Assembly (NCBI GenBank): GCA_964195235.1
Contig: CAXMOW010000001.1
Coordinates: forward strand, 20,726-84,725
DNA from: an uncultured Acidimicrobiia bacterium
GTDB taxonomy: Bacteria > Actinomycetota > Acidimicrobiia > Spongiisociales > ZC4RG35
Length of the DNA stretch: 64,000 nt
Direction: 5' to 3'
Position numbers and translations under genes: made by a program. Positions within the stretch are counted from its first letter, which is position 1; each line of letters opens with the position of its first letter. Shown piece after piece: positions 43,339 through 53,692 of the stretch. Below the pieces are notes generated by a model. That model saw nothing but the letters and a program-made list of their open reading frames with translations. It did not search any database and was not told the DNA's origin.

Positions 43339-45434
43339 CCTGCTTGGGCCTCTCGAATCCCTGCTACCACCCGATCGACATCGATCAAAGCGTGGCTCTC
43401 GATCGCAAACTGGGGCCAGGGAACATCGAATCCGGTAACACGGATGATGGGGCCTGTCAGGTCGTACATGGCCTTCTCGGCAACCACTGCCGCTACCTCA
43501 GCGGCGACGCCGGCAGAACCCTGAGGCTCCTGAACCAGCAGCAGCCTTCCGGTCTTTGACACTGACTCCAGCACGGTCTCACGATCCCACGGGAAGAGAG
43601 TGCGGAGGTCAATAACCTCAATAGAGGCCTCGACTTCCTCGGCGGCTTTCATTGCCACCGGCACCATTCCTCCATACGTGACCAATGTGAGGTCGGAGCC
43701 CTGTTGACGGATGCGGGCCCGGCCGATCGGCAGTGTGTAGTGCTCGACGGGGACGTCCTCCCTACCGGCTCGGTACAGCACCTTGGGTTCAAGGAAGATG
43801 ATTGGATCGTCACTTTCCAATGCGGCCGCAAGGAGGCCTTTGGCGTCGGTGGGCGTCGAGGGGCAAATCACCACAAGACCGGGCGCATGGACAAAGTAGG
43901 CCTCGGGTGAGTCACAGTGGTGCTCATGAGCCCCAATACCAGCTCCGTTGGGCATTCTCACCAGCACGGGAACTTTCGAATTGCCCCGTGTGCGATAGCG
44001 GAATCGGCCGAGGTGGCTGACGATCTGGTCGAAGGCCGGATAGACGAAACCTTCGAACTGGATCTCGGCAATGGGTCGCGCTCCTGCAAGCGCCATGCCG
44101 ATCGCCGAACCGATGATGCCGGACTCGTTGAGAGGGGTGTCGATGACTCGCCCTTCCCCGAATTGAGCCTGCAAACCCTCGGTTATCCGGAAGACACCCC
44201 CCGTCAGGCCGACATCCTCGCCCAAGATGATGGTGTCACTGTCCCTCTCCATACCCTGATGAAGAGCGGCGTTGATCGACTCAGCCATTGTCCAGCGTTT
44301 AGTCGGTCCTTCCGGTAGTCGGTCGTGACCTATCTGCCAGACCTCATCCTCGGTGAAGAGAGTCTCCTCCTCGCCATGGGAGCGTTGCATTGCGTGAAGC
44401 TGCTCGACGACATGGGACGGGATCTTGGTGAATGCCTGTCGTACCGCATCGTCCCGGTCGGGGAGCGGTTCGGATTCGATCGAAGTGATGGCCACATCGA
44501 CGGAGTCACTTATCTCATTGGCAACTTTCTCCTCAGCACGCTCATCCCACTCACCACGGTTCTCCAAGAACCGTCGGAGTCGCTCAATGGCGTCCTTTTC
44601 TTTCCAGGCCTCGACCTCCTCGCTCGATCGATAGAGGGTGTCATCATCGGCGGTGGCGTGGGGCCCATAGCGGTAGGTCATCGCCTCAATCAGGGTCGGT
44701 CCTCGACCCTCTCTGGCCCTGTGTACCGCGAGCTTTGTGGCCAGATAGACGGCGATCGGGTCCATCCCGTCGACCCTGAGACCCTCAAATCCATATGCCT
44801 GAGCCTTTTGGGCGATCGTCTCGGCAGCGGTCTGTTTCTCGTATGGCACTGAGATGGCATAGAGGTTGTTGGCGCAGATGAACACAGTTGGCGTTTTCCA
44901 GACTCCGGCGAAGTTCATGCCCGAGTGAAAGTCGGCTTCCGAGGTCGCGCCGTCTCCGAAGTAGACAGTGGTGACCGTGTTCTCACCACGAAGCTTGGTC
45001 ACGTACGAATATCCGACGGCATGTGGGAGCTGACTGGCAATTGGGACGGTGACGATTCCCGTGCGGTACTTGTCGAAGTCCCAGCGCGAGTTCGGTAAGC
45101 CCTTCCAATACGCAAGAAGGGCCTCCATGGGAAGGCCCCTTGTTATCTGGACACCGTGCTCCCGATACGAGGGGAAGACGAAGTCGTTGGGCTCCATCGC
45201 CAGTGCCGAACCGATCTGCACGGCCTCCTGACCCTCGAGCATTGCGTATGTCCCGATCCGCCCCTGACGTTGCAGGGCAAGCATTCGTCGGTCCAATTCT
45301 CTGGACAGAACCATGTTTCGATACATCTCTTGGTATAGCTCTGGATCAAGCCCGGGGTCCTCGCCAACCAACCCACCGTCGGCGTTGAGGATTCGCAACG
45401 TCTCGAACTGACCCATGAACCGAGTCTGCCACAA
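43335..45434 (-). CDS. 2-oxoacid dehydrogenase E1 component, fused alpha-beta subunits (TPP-dependent)
   Basis: 699 aa. The N-terminal half is E1-alpha-like (YFGDGATSEADFHSGMNFA). The C-terminal half is E1-beta-like (ILGEDVG..GGVFRIT, IAEIQFEGF). The start is 45434 or ATG 45416. Confidence 0.9.
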   Translation of the reverse strand: MWQTRFMGQFETLRILNADGGLVGEDPGLDPELYQEMYRNMVLSRELDRRMLALQRQGRIGTYAMLEGQEAVQIGSALAMEPNDFVFPSYREHGVQITRGLPMEALLAYWKGLPNSRWDFDKYRTGIVTVPIASQLPHAVGYSYVTKLRGENTVTTVYFGDGATSEADFHSGMNFAGVWKTPTVFICANNLYAISVPYEKQTAAETIAQKAQAYGFEGLRVDGMDPIAVYLATKLAVHRAREGRGPTLIEAMTYRYGPHATADDDTLYRSSEEVEAWKEKDAIERLRRFLENRGEWDERAEEKVANEISDSVDVAITSIESEPLPDRDDAVRQAFTKIPSHVVEQLHAMQRSHGEEETLFTEDEVWQIGHDRLPEGPTKRWTMAESINAALHQGMERDSDTIILGEDVGLTGGVFRITEGLQAQFGEGRVIDTPLNESGIIGSAIGMALAGARPIAEIQFEGFVYPAFDQIVSHLGRFRYRTRGNSKVPVLVRMPNGAGIGAHEHHCDSPEAYFVHAPGLVVICPSTPTDAKGLLAAALESDDPIIFLEPKVLYRAGREDVPVEHYTLPIGRARIRQQGSDLTLVTYGGMVPVAMKAAEEVEASIEVIDLRTLFPWDRETVLESVSKTGRLLLVQEPQGSAGVAAEVAAVVAEKAMYDLTGPIIRVTGFDVPWPQFAIESHALIDVDRVVAGIREAQAG

Positions 45435-45480
45435 GTCAAGTTATGCCGGCACGTCACCGGCGTTGGCTAACTTGCCATCC

Positions 45481-46575
45481 ATGCCTCGATTCAGGGCTGA
45501 AATAACCGCTCTCAACCCGTATGAGGTTGGTCGTCCAATCGAGGATGTCGCCCGCGAGTTTGATCTCGATCCCGACTCGATCATCAAGCTGACCGCCAAC
45601 GAAAGCCCTGAGGGACCCTTCCCCGGCGTCATCGATGCCGTTTCTGCGGTTTTGGGTAACGCAAACCGCTATCCGGACAACGATCTTTGGGACCTGAGCC
45701 AAGCGCTAGCCCATGAGTTGGCGGTGCCGCGGGAAAGCCTGTTGTTTGGAAGCGGCAGCACCGCTCTCATTTCTGCGATTGCCAGCGCGGCCGGTGGGCC
45801 AGGTACCAATCTTGTCTACGGCTGGCCTAGTTTCGTGATGTATCGCTTCGCCGCGCTCTGGTCAGGATCTGGCTTTGTCGAGGTGCCGCTTGACGGGAAC
45901 TACGAGCTCGACCTCAATGCGATCGGCAATGCAATCAACGTCGACACGAGGGTTGTCGTGCTCTGCAACCCCAACAATCCAACAGGAACGATCAAATCGG
46001 CCGATGAGATCGAACACTTCATCGACATGGTGGCCGACGACGTTTTGGTTGTGGTCGACGAGGCATATCACGAATACGTGGGGGACCCTCGCTACGGAAC
46101 CGCTATCGGTCTGGCTCTCGGTCGTCGCAATGTGATCGTGCTCAGGACGTTCTCCAAGATCTACTCATTGGCTGGGTTTCGAGTGGGCTTTGCCATCGGT
46201 CATGCCGAGACGCTGGCCGAAGTCCGCAAGGCTCAGGCTCCGTTGACTGTGGCTACCGCCTCCCAAGCTGCGGCACTTGCATCCTTGGGACAACCTGACG
46301 AAGTCAGTCGACGGGTTGAAGCGAATGCGGCTGCTCGTCACTATCTCTCCGGTGTCCTTGCCGAACGAGATGTGACCCAAATCGCCAGTCAGACCAACTT
46401 CATTTTCTTCAAGATGCCGGGGCACCACGCCGACCACTTTTCCACCAGGTTCACGGAGTTGGGTGTGATCCTCAGGCCAATGTCTGATGGATGGCTGCGC
46501 GTCACGGTCGGATCGCCCGGGGAGAACCAGAAGTTCGTCGAGGCGTTGGATGTGGTGCTGGATCGGGTTCGTTAG
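45481..46575 (+). CDS. hisC: Histidinol-phosphate aminotransferase
   Basis: This is the inner ATG of ORF 45415..46575 (MPRFRAEITALNPYEVG...). It has LTANESP, NPNNPTG, and the PLP Lys in TFSKIYSLAGFRVG. Confidence 0.9.
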   Translation: MPRFRAEITALNPYEVGRPIEDVAREFDLDPDSIIKLTANESPEGPFPGVIDAVSAVLGNANRYPDNDLWDLSQALAHELAVPRESLLFGSGSTALISAIASAAGGPGTNLVYGWPSFVMYRFAALWSGSGFVEVPLDGNYELDLNAIGNAINVDTRVVVLCNPNNPTGTIKSADEIEHFIDMVADDVLVVVDEAYHEYVGDPRYGTAIGLALGRRNVIVLRTFSKIYSLAGFRVGFAIGHAETLAEVRKAQAPLTVATASQAAALASLGQPDEVSRRVEANAAARHYLSGVLAERDVTQIASQTNFIFFKMPGHHADHFSTRFTELGVILRPMSDGWLRVTVGSPGENQKFVEALDVVLDRVR

Positions 46576-46665
46576 CCGATTTTGCATTGGCCCCAGTAGA
46601 CGCTTCCATTTCACGTTAAACCGCGAACACCGTGGTTGTTTCTTATGGCAAATGGGGAGTAGAAG

Positions 46666-49374
46666 ATGAAGTCTCTGGTGTCCGCGCTCTCGACGACGGT
46701 TCGTCGCTGGCCCTGGGTTGTCGTCATTCTCACCGTAATTGTCTCCATGGGCCTCGGATTTCTGTCCGGGAAGTTCACACCGGAGGAAGACACCAACGCA
46801 TCTTTTGCTCCTGAAGCGCCCGAACTGGAAGCTGCCGAAACCATCCGTGATCTTTTTGGGGGCGAGTCCACGGTCTCGGTGATGCAGGTCATCATCGCTG
46901 TTGAAGACGGCAACGTATTCAGTCTCGATGGGCTCGATGCCGTCAACGCCGTATCTGAGACGGTCATCAATGGTGCATTCAGCGACATTCTCGTCGATCA
47001 AGGCGGCGGGCCGATCTTCAGCTTCCTGGCTCCGGTCCAAGGCGCCATCGCCGAAGGGGCACCGGTGCCCACAACCGATGAAGAACTCCAGGCCTTGTTT
47101 CAAAGCTCGCTCGCTGAGTTCCCAGCGGAGCAGGCCGGCTTTGTCGAGGGTTTGTTGCCGAGCAATGGTGACATCAGTGGGCCTACATCAGATCAAGGTC
47201 TGATGATCATCTTCACCAGCGGCGCAGAGTCCGTCGACACCATCGACGTGTATGTCGATGCAAGTGCTGAGGCCGCCGCCGAAATCGTTGCAACTCCTCT
47301 GCCTTCCGGCTACACGGCTTCGCCGTTCTCTTTCGAGTTGCTGTTCGCAGATCAAGACGAATTCCAGGCTGAGATTGGTCGATTGTTCGGCACTGCCGCA
47401 TTGATCATCATGGTTGTCCTGGCACTGGTGTTTCTGGTCAAGCCGCGCCGTACGGTTGGCAAGTTCGCCCTCGTGGTCGGTCTGGGCGCGGCGATCGTCT
47501 CGATTGTGCTGGTTGTCCTCCCAACCTTGGCATTAATTCTCGACGACTTTTTCCCGGACGCTCTCAAGGATTGGAACTCGAACGCGCTGTTCGCGATGAC
47601 AGCGCTTCTATTGCTTGTCGTGTTCTTGGTGTGGACGTTCTCCGACCGCGGCTTGAGACGAACAGCAGCTGACACGATGCTCACGCTGATCACGATCGGC
47701 TTCGCCATCTCATGGATGAATGGCATCGGCTATCTCTTGTTCGAGGATGCGAGTCCGATGGCTCAGATTCTGCCGATCCTGCTGATCGGACTTGGAGTCG
47801 ACTACTCGATCCATGTGAACTCGCGCTATCGCGAAGAGGTTTCCGCAGGAGCCTCCGTTGACGAGTCGATCTCGAGAGCTATCCGAACGGTGGGTGTGGC
47901 ACTTGTCCTCGCAACCGTCACCACTGCCGTTGGCTTCCTGACCAATTTGTTCAACGCCATACCCGCGCTCAGGGAGTTCGGAGCTCTGGCGGCCATTGGC
48001 ATATTTGCCTCGTTCCTCTTGATGCTCACGTTCGTTCCCGCGGTGCGGGAAATCCTCGATCGGCGTGGAGTCAGACGAGAGACGTTCGAGCCAGAGCGTC
48101 TTGTCGGCGGTGAGCAGCGTGCGTTGGGACGTCTCATCGGTGGTACGTCGAGCATCGCTAAGAAGGCTGCCGTGTTGGCAACCATTGTGGCCCTGCTGCT
48201 CGGGGCGCTGGGCGCCTGGGGGACCACCAACCTGGAAACCAAATTCAGCTTCATCGATTTCATCCCGACGACTTCTCCGCTCCGGACCACATTCGAGACC
48301 TTGCTGAATGACTTTGGCGGCGGATTCGGAGAGAACACTCAGGTGCTGATCGAAGGTGATGTTGCGACCGCCGATGCGTGGAATGAGATGGTCGTGTCCA
48401 ACAACAACCTGACTGACACGCCAAACGTTGTGACGTTCGCCGGCCAGCCGGCCGGGTCGTCTCCGGTGGCATTGATCGGCCAAATGGCCACCGAGGATTC
48501 GCCATTCTTCGTGCCGGAAGTGGGTATGGCGATGGCCGCCGCCGGCGTGGATCAGGCAACCTTCATGTTCCCTTCGGGCGCCGACGTTGGCTCTGTATAT
48601 GACGCAGCGTTTGCGGCTGCGCCACAAGAGGCGGCCAGCGTCCTCCACCAGACGGGGTCTGGCTACGACGCCGCCCTTTTTGACTTCACAACGCAAGCCG
48701 GAGAGTCCGGGGCCAGCCAGCTCCGTATTGACGTCCTCGAGGACTTCTCGGGTGTCGCCGATTTGGGTCTCGCCGTCGTCGCAACGTCGGATGAGATCAT
48801 CAACAATGTCATTGTCACTACCTTGCGTGATTCCCAACTGTCGTCACTGTTGCTGACTCTCCTCGCGGCGCTGATCCTCCTTGTGATCAACTTCTGGTTC
48901 GAGGTGCGACGCCCGATGCTTGGTGTAATAACCACTATTCCTGTGGTTCTGGTGGTGTTGTGGTCCTTCGGCCTGATGACGGCGTTTGGGATCCCATTCG
49001 GCCCTGTTACGGCGACAATCTCGGCGCTGGCAATCGGCATCGGGATTCCCTACATGATCCATATCACTCACCGGTTCCTCGAGGATCGCGTTCGCTCGAA
49101 ATCTGTGGAGGATGCGATCGAGTTGACGCTCGGAAACACGGGGGGCGCCCTTGCCGGGTCTGCTCTGACAAGCGTTGCAGGGTTTGGGATTCTGGTGACC
49201 TCGACAACGATTCCGTTTCGCCAGTTCGGTTTTGTCACGGCGTACACGATCCTCTTGGCGATGTTGGCTGCAGTGCTGGTGTTGCCGTCGATGTTGGTTC
49301 TGTGGGATCGCTGGCATGCCAAGCGAGACGAAGAGCCGCTTGCTGACGACTTGGATGAATTCTTGAAGGTGTGA
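46666..49374 (+). CDS. MMPL/RND-superfamily membrane transporter
   Basis: 902 aa. It consists of two repeats, each with a TM bundle and a large extracytoplasmic loop. It has the SSD/MMPL-type motif GLGVDYSIH and a second GIGIPYMIH. Confidence 0.9.
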   Translation: MKSLVSALSTTVRRWPWVVVILTVIVSMGLGFLSGKFTPEEDTNASFAPEAPELEAAETIRDLFGGESTVSVMQVIIAVEDGNVFSLDGLDAVNAVSETVINGAFSDILVDQGGGPIFSFLAPVQGAIAEGAPVPTTDEELQALFQSSLAEFPAEQAGFVEGLLPSNGDISGPTSDQGLMIIFTSGAESVDTIDVYVDASAEAAAEIVATPLPSGYTASPFSFELLFADQDEFQAEIGRLFGTAALIIMVVLALVFLVKPRRTVGKFALVVGLGAAIVSIVLVVLPTLALILDDFFPDALKDWNSNALFAMTALLLLVVFLVWTFSDRGLRRTAADTMLTLITIGFAISWMNGIGYLLFEDASPMAQILPILLIGLGVDYSIHVNSRYREEVSAGASVDESISRAIRTVGVALVLATVTTAVGFLTNLFNAIPALREFGALAAIGIFASFLLMLTFVPAVREILDRRGVRRETFEPERLVGGEQRALGRLIGGTSSIAKKAAVLATIVALLLGALGAWGTTNLETKFSFIDFIPTTSPLRTTFETLLNDFGGGFGENTQVLIEGDVATADAWNEMVVSNNNLTDTPNVVTFAGQPAGSSPVALIGQMATEDSPFFVPEVGMAMAAAGVDQATFMFPSGADVGSVYDAAFAAAPQEAASVLHQTGSGYDAALFDFTTQAGESGASQLRIDVLEDFSGVADLGLAVVATSDEIINNVIVTTLRDSQLSSLLLTLLAALILLVINFWFEVRRPMLGVITTIPVVLVVLWSFGLMTAFGIPFGPVTATISALAIGIGIPYMIHITHRFLEDRVRSKSVEDAIELTLGNTGGALAGSALTSVAGFGILVTSTTIPFRQFGFVTAYTILLAMLAAVLVLPSMLVLWDRWHAKRDEEPLADDLDEFLKV

Positions 49375-49449
49375 TTGCAGCCCTTTAAGGAATTGGGTCG
49401 GAAGACCCGGGTTCAGACACTTCCAGCGGACGTCTGATCGACCAGAATG

Positions 49450-49479
49450 AGGACGGGCCTGCCAGGCTCGTCCTTTTTC
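49450..49479 (+). terminator. Rho-independent terminator after the MMPL gene
   Basis: aggacg-g-gcctg-c-caggc-t-cgtcct followed by ttttt. Confidence 0.75.
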
Positions 49480-49480
49480 T

Positions 49481-50467
49481 ATGGATGCATCACGAATCGC
49501 AAAAGAAGCCTCGGCTCTCCTACCTCTAGTTCACAATGTTCTCAAGATGTATCCATTCTTGACCAAAGAGGTCGATCACCTCGCCACGCACTCCAACGTC
49601 ATGTATCGGGTGGTGACCAGTAGCGGCGAACAGTTGGTGTTGCGTGTGGGGACACCTCATGCCAACACGAGAACAAACATCGACTTCGAGGTTGCGTGGC
49701 TCGACGCTCTGAATCAGGACACGTCACTCGATCTGGTGGCTCCGATCCGCACCGCTGGCGGCGGGTTGGTCGTCGACGAAATGGATCCGTTGTTGGGCAA
49801 GGAGCGGCCTTGTATTCTCTTTAGCTGGGTACCCGGGGCGCCTCTCGGGGATGGCGCCGGCACCTTCGGTTATCGCTTGCTGGGTCAGATGTCGGCCGCT
49901 CTGCAACTTCATGGCCGCACATGGACACCGCCTCCGCTAGGTGAGATGAGGCAGTGGGACCAGGTCTTTTACTACGACCCAGAGATGGATCCAATAATTG
50001 TCGACAACCCAGTTTTTGGTCATCTCTTCGACACCCGTCGGCAGAAGACAATCGAGAAGGCTTTCGTTATCTGCGCCAAGGTCATCGAGGAGTCCTGGAG
50101 CTCGGGCACCCCCCAGGTGGTGCACGGGGATCTTCACGAGTGGAATGTCCATATGGTCGGGAGTCGGCTCTACGCATTCGATTTCGAAGATGTGATGATC
50201 GCTCTGCCGGCCCAGGATGTGGCCATCTGCCTTTATCAGACCCGCAATAACGAGCTGCGTCACGAGATCCGCGGGGCCTATCGCAAAGGCTTCGAATCGA
50301 TCGCGGAGTGGCCAATCGTGGATGACTCTCAACTGGACGGTTTCCATGCGGCACGCCAAATCATGCTGATGAACTACGCAGCACGCATCCTCCGAATGGA
50401 TGAGGCGATGGAATACCTCGATCAGGTGATGCCCTGGATCGATGGGTACGTCAATCGCTACGGATAG
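49481..50467 (+). CDS. Phosphotransferase-family kinase (APH/choline kinase-like fold)
   Basis: 328 aa. The catalytic loop is VHGDLHEWNV, followed by FDFED (a DFG-equivalent). Confidence 0.8.
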   Translation: MDASRIAKEASALLPLVHNVLKMYPFLTKEVDHLATHSNVMYRVVTSSGEQLVLRVGTPHANTRTNIDFEVAWLDALNQDTSLDLVAPIRTAGGGLVVDEMDPLLGKERPCILFSWVPGAPLGDGAGTFGYRLLGQMSAALQLHGRTWTPPPLGEMRQWDQVFYYDPEMDPIIVDNPVFGHLFDTRRQKTIEKAFVICAKVIEESWSSGTPQVVHGDLHEWNVHMVGSRLYAFDFEDVMIALPAQDVAICLYQTRNNELRHEIRGAYRKGFESIAEWPIVDDSQLDGFHAARQIMLMNYAARILRMDEAMEYLDQVMPWIDGYVNRYG

Positions 50468-50469
50468 CC

Positions 50470-51108
50470 ATGAGGTTCCCGGATAGACGGACCGCCGGGC
50501 AGTTGTTGGGGGAGTTGGTCAAGGAGGCGAGTCCGTCAGACCCGGTTGTATTGGCCCTTCCCCGGGGAGGGGTCCCTATTGGTTTCGAAGTGGCTCGTGT
50601 CTTGGATTGCGAGCTCGACGTCTTGGTGGTTCGCAAGTTGGGGGTCCCAACCCAGCCTGAGTTGGCAATGGGGGCCATTGGGGAAGAGAGCGTGATCATT
50701 CGCAACGATGAGATTGTCGCTGCGTCAGGCGTTGACAAAGACGCATTCAAACGTGTGGTTACCCGCGAACGGGCGGAGCTGGGGCGTCGGGTCAGCAGCT
50801 ATCGAGAAGTGGTTGAGCCGGTCGATCCGGGCGGCTCCACGGCCGTTGTGGTCGACGATGGTCTGGCTACGGGATCCACGGCAGCCGCTGGGATAGCGAT
50901 ACTACGAGAGCGGGGTGTCAAAGAGGTCTGGCTGGCGGTTCCGGTCGCCCCGCGTGAAACAACCCGCGCCATGGAACGCTTGGCGGATCGGGTAGTTGTT
51001 CTCTCCCAACCGCCCGTCTTTGGCGCCGTCGGGAGCTGGTACCGCGACTTTCAACAGACAAGCGACTTTGAGGTGCGGGCCCTGCTTGAGGAATCACGGC
51101 TACGGTGA
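50470..51108 (+). CDS. Phosphoribosyltransferase-family protein
   Basis: 212 aa. MRFPDRRTAGQLLGELV and the PRPP-binding loop AVVVDDGLATGSTAAA are present. Confidence 0.8.
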   Translation: MRFPDRRTAGQLLGELVKEASPSDPVVLALPRGGVPIGFEVARVLDCELDVLVVRKLGVPTQPELAMGAIGEESVIIRNDEIVAASGVDKDAFKRVVTRERAELGRRVSSYREVVEPVDPGGSTAVVVDDGLATGSTAAAGIAILRERGVKEVWLAVPVAPRETTRAMERLADRVVVLSQPPVFGAVGSWYRDFQQTSDFEVRALLEESRLR

Positions 51109-51133
51109 CGCCGCCCCGGCAAAGAGAGGTTTT

Positions 51134-51541
51134 ATGCCGTCGATGGAAGAGTTTTGCACGATCGAGGCCGACCTCGGGATGAACATTATCGGGAAGACCC
51201 CAGCCGGAATGCGTATCGACTTTCCGTTCAAGGGGACCGCGACGAGCGAACATTGGGGTGGTGAGCGCTCAGTGCGTGGTGTCGACTACGTGACGGTTCG
51301 TTCGGACGGCAACATGGACCTCGACGTCCACGCCACTATTGGCGAAAAGCGTGAAGCGGTTTCGTACACGGCCACTGGCGTGTCCATCGCCAACCCTGAT
51401 CAGTCAGCCGACCCGAAGGAGCTGGTCGTCTTCCAAACCGGGAACGAAGATCTGGCCTGGCTCAACAACGAGGTGGGTGTGGCTTTCGGTCACGGCGATG
51501 GCGGCAAAATCACACTCACCATCCACCTGCTGAAGCCTTAG
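51134..51541 (+). CDS. DUF3237-like beta-barrel protein
   Basis: This is the inner ATG of ORF 50996..51541 (MPSMEEFCTIEADLGMNIIGKTPAGMRIDFPFKGTATS...). The family assignment is from memory. Confidence 0.55.
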   Translation: MPSMEEFCTIEADLGMNIIGKTPAGMRIDFPFKGTATSEHWGGERSVRGVDYVTVRSDGNMDLDVHATIGEKREAVSYTATGVSIANPDQSADPKELVVFQTGNEDLAWLNNEVGVAFGHGDGGKITLTIHLLKP

Positions 51542-51562
51542 CGACCGATCGGGCACAAACCG

Positions 51563-51610
51563 CGAACCTCAGGTAGTACGGCCCGTATACGGTCGAAATC
51601 CGCTCAGCTT
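51563..51610 (+). repeat. Copy B of the ~48-bp dispersed intergenic repeat
   Basis: cgaacctcaggtagtacggcccgtatacggtcgaaatccgctcagctt. It lies between convergent genes and overlaps the stop codon of the enoyl-CoA hydratase gene (51604-51606). Confidence 0.8.
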
Positions 51611-52383
51611 TGTACTGCGCGATAGTCGGGTTTCCGCTTCTCCAGGAAGGCCGCGACGCCCTCACGATGTTCGGCGGTTTTGCCGAGCCGTCCCTGCTCT
51701 CGCTTCTCCTCCTGCAACGCCTCTTTGAAGGTGAGGCTGGTGGCTCCGCGAATCAGGTTGCGGGTTGTGACCAGGGAATCCGGCACCATGTCGGCAAGGC
51801 TCTTGGCCAATTCGAGGGCTTTGGTCACCACATCGGCGTCGGGCACAACCTCGGCGCACAGCCCCATTCGATATGCCTCATCTGCGGGCACCCGCTTGTT
51901 GGTCATGGCCAGTTCGATTGCCTTGGAAACCCCAACATGCTGGGGCAACCAATAAGTCGTGCCCGAGTCCGGGGCAAGCCCAATCGCGGTGAAGGCGGAC
52001 GTGAAGAATGCGGACTCCGCCATTACCCGGATGTCGCACCCGAGAGCCACACCAAGCCCGGCCCCTGCGGCAACTCCATTTACGGCTGCGACAACCGGAA
52101 CCGACGCGTCGGTTAGCGCGTGAACCATTGGGTGGAAGACGTTGTCTAGGAACTCGGCAAGGTCGGGACCTTCTCCGTCATTGGTCTGAAGTATCGAGAG
52201 GTCGGCCCCCGAGCAGAACGCCTTTCCTTCCCCGGTCAACACGACCGCTCTTGCTTCGATCCCGGCGCGCTCGATGAAGTCGATAACCCCCCTTGCCAGG
52301 GTGATCTCAATGGCGTTGAAGCGGTCCGGGCGGTTGAGGGTGATGACGGCTACATCTCCGTCGAGTTGGTATTTGACGCTCAT
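51604..52383 (-). CDS. Enoyl-CoA hydratase/isomerase (crotonase) family protein
   Basis: The inner ATG at 52383 is preceded by AAGGAGGA. VAVITLNRPDRFNAI...FCSGADL is the crotonase signature. Confidence 0.9.
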   Translation of the reverse strand: MSVKYQLDGDVAVITLNRPDRFNAIEITLARGVIDFIERAGIEARAVVLTGEGKAFCSGADLSILQTNDGEGPDLAEFLDNVFHPMVHALTDASVPVVAAVNGVAAGAGLGVALGCDIRVMAESAFFTSAFTAIGLAPDSGTTYWLPQHVGVSKAIELAMTNKRVPADEAYRMGLCAEVVPDADVVTKALELAKSLADMVPDSLVTTRNLIRGATSLTFKEALQEEKREQGRLGKTAEHREGVAAFLEKRKPDYRAVQS

Positions 52384-52508
52384 GGTCCTCCTTGAGGTCG
52401 CGAATCGTAAAGGACGGAAAACACCAGTGCCAATGCCGTTTAGTCCTATGGTTACTGACAATTCGGCGCAGCAGAACGCCGCGAAGTCACCGACCCAAAG
52501 GAGGGGCC

Positions 52509-52802
52509 GTGAACAAATCTGAGATGGCGGACAAGCTGGCCGGCAAGGCCGATATTTCTAAGGCGCAAGCCGCAGAGATTATTGACCACATTTTCTCGAC
52601 CAAAGATGGTGAAGGGATCATTGCCGTTGAGTTGGATGCCGGTCGCAAGGTGAATGTCACCGGTTTCGGCAATTTCAGCACCAAACATCGTGCAGGACGC
52701 CAAGGTCGCAATCCCGCCACAGGCGAGACGATCTGGATCCAGCCAAAGAACTATGCGCACTTCTCTGCCGCGAAAGGTCTCAAGGACCGGGTTTCCGCCT
52801 GA
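52509..52802 (+). CDS. hup: Nucleoid-associated DNA-binding protein HU
   Basis: A GTG at 52509 follows AAAGGAGGGG. VNKSEMADKLA...GFGNFSTKHRAGRQGRNPATGETIWI is the HU/IHF signature. It is 97 aa and lacks a Lys/Ala-rich tail. Confidence 0.9.
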   Translation: MNKSEMADKLAGKADISKAQAAEIIDHIFSTKDGEGIIAVELDAGRKVNVTGFGNFSTKHRAGRQGRNPATGETIWIQPKNYAHFSAAKGLKDRVSA

Positions 52803-52825
52803 GATCTAGCTAGAACCGATTGCGA

Positions 52826-52856
52826 GCGGCGGGCTTCCGGCCCGCCGCTTTCTTTG
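52826..52856 (+). terminator. Rho-independent terminator after hup
   Basis: gcggcgggc-ttccg-gcccgccgc (9-bp GC stem) followed by tttctttg. Confidence 0.85.
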
Positions 52857-52894
52857 TGCCGTATGGGTTCGGCCTGGCATTACCGTGAACACCG

Positions 52895-53692
52895 ATGAGT
52901 CTTGATCCTCAACGTTGGCATCCACCTGTGCCGATTGCCCATCGCGGGAGCCGTCTCCTCTGGCCGGAGAACACAATGGTTGCCTTCCGGGAGGTCTATG
53001 ACCTGGGCTTTCGTCATATCGAGACCGATCTTCACCTCACGTCGGACGGTGTCTTGGTTTGCTTCCACGACCCCGATGTGGATCGGACGACAAACGGGAG
53101 CGGAGAAGTATCTGCGATGACACTTGAGGAGCTACAGGCACTTGATGCTGGATACCGTCATGCCGACTCCGGTAGCTATCCCTTCCGAGGCCAGGGCATC
53201 AACGTCCCGACCCTGGAAGAGTTGTTGACAACCTTCCCTGATGTCGGGCTGGTCGTTGATATGAAAGCCAGTGGTCTGGCGGAACCGCTTGCTGAGTTGG
53301 CGGATCGGCTCGACGTTGGTGATCGCTTGATCGTTGGCTCGTTCAGCGACGAGCGGCTCGAAGTCTTCAGAGATCTGACAAATGGACGAGTGGCAACGTC
53401 GACTGGCCCAATTGCGGCGCGGATGTGGGTTTTGAGCTCGCGGGTGGGTCGTGGAGGCGGTGGTAGGGCCGACGCGTTGCAGGTCCCGACCCAGCTCCGA
53501 GGTGTCAGGGTTGTCGACGGAAGGCTGGTTCGCGCAGCCCATAACTCCGAGCTTCAAGTCCATGTCTGGACTGTCAATGACCCTGACGAGATGAATCGTC
53601 TGCTTGATCTTGGTGTGGACGGCCTGATCACCGATCGCCCCAACGTCCTGAAGGACGTGCTGATCAGTAGGGACGAATGGAGGAATTCATGA
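52895..53692 (+). CDS. glpQ: Glycerophosphodiester phosphodiesterase
   Basis: 265 aa. It has IAHRG...PENT, the ETDLHLTSDG motifs and a C-terminal VDGLITDRP. Confidence 0.9.
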   Translation: MSLDPQRWHPPVPIAHRGSRLLWPENTMVAFREVYDLGFRHIETDLHLTSDGVLVCFHDPDVDRTTNGSGEVSAMTLEELQALDAGYRHADSGSYPFRGQGINVPTLEELLTTFPDVGLVVDMKASGLAEPLAELADRLDVGDRLIVGSFSDERLEVFRDLTNGRVATSTGPIAARMWVLSSRVGRGGGGRADALQVPTQLRGVRVVDGRLVRAAHNSELQVHVWTVNDPDEMNRLLDLGVDGLITDRPNVLKDVLISRDEWRNS

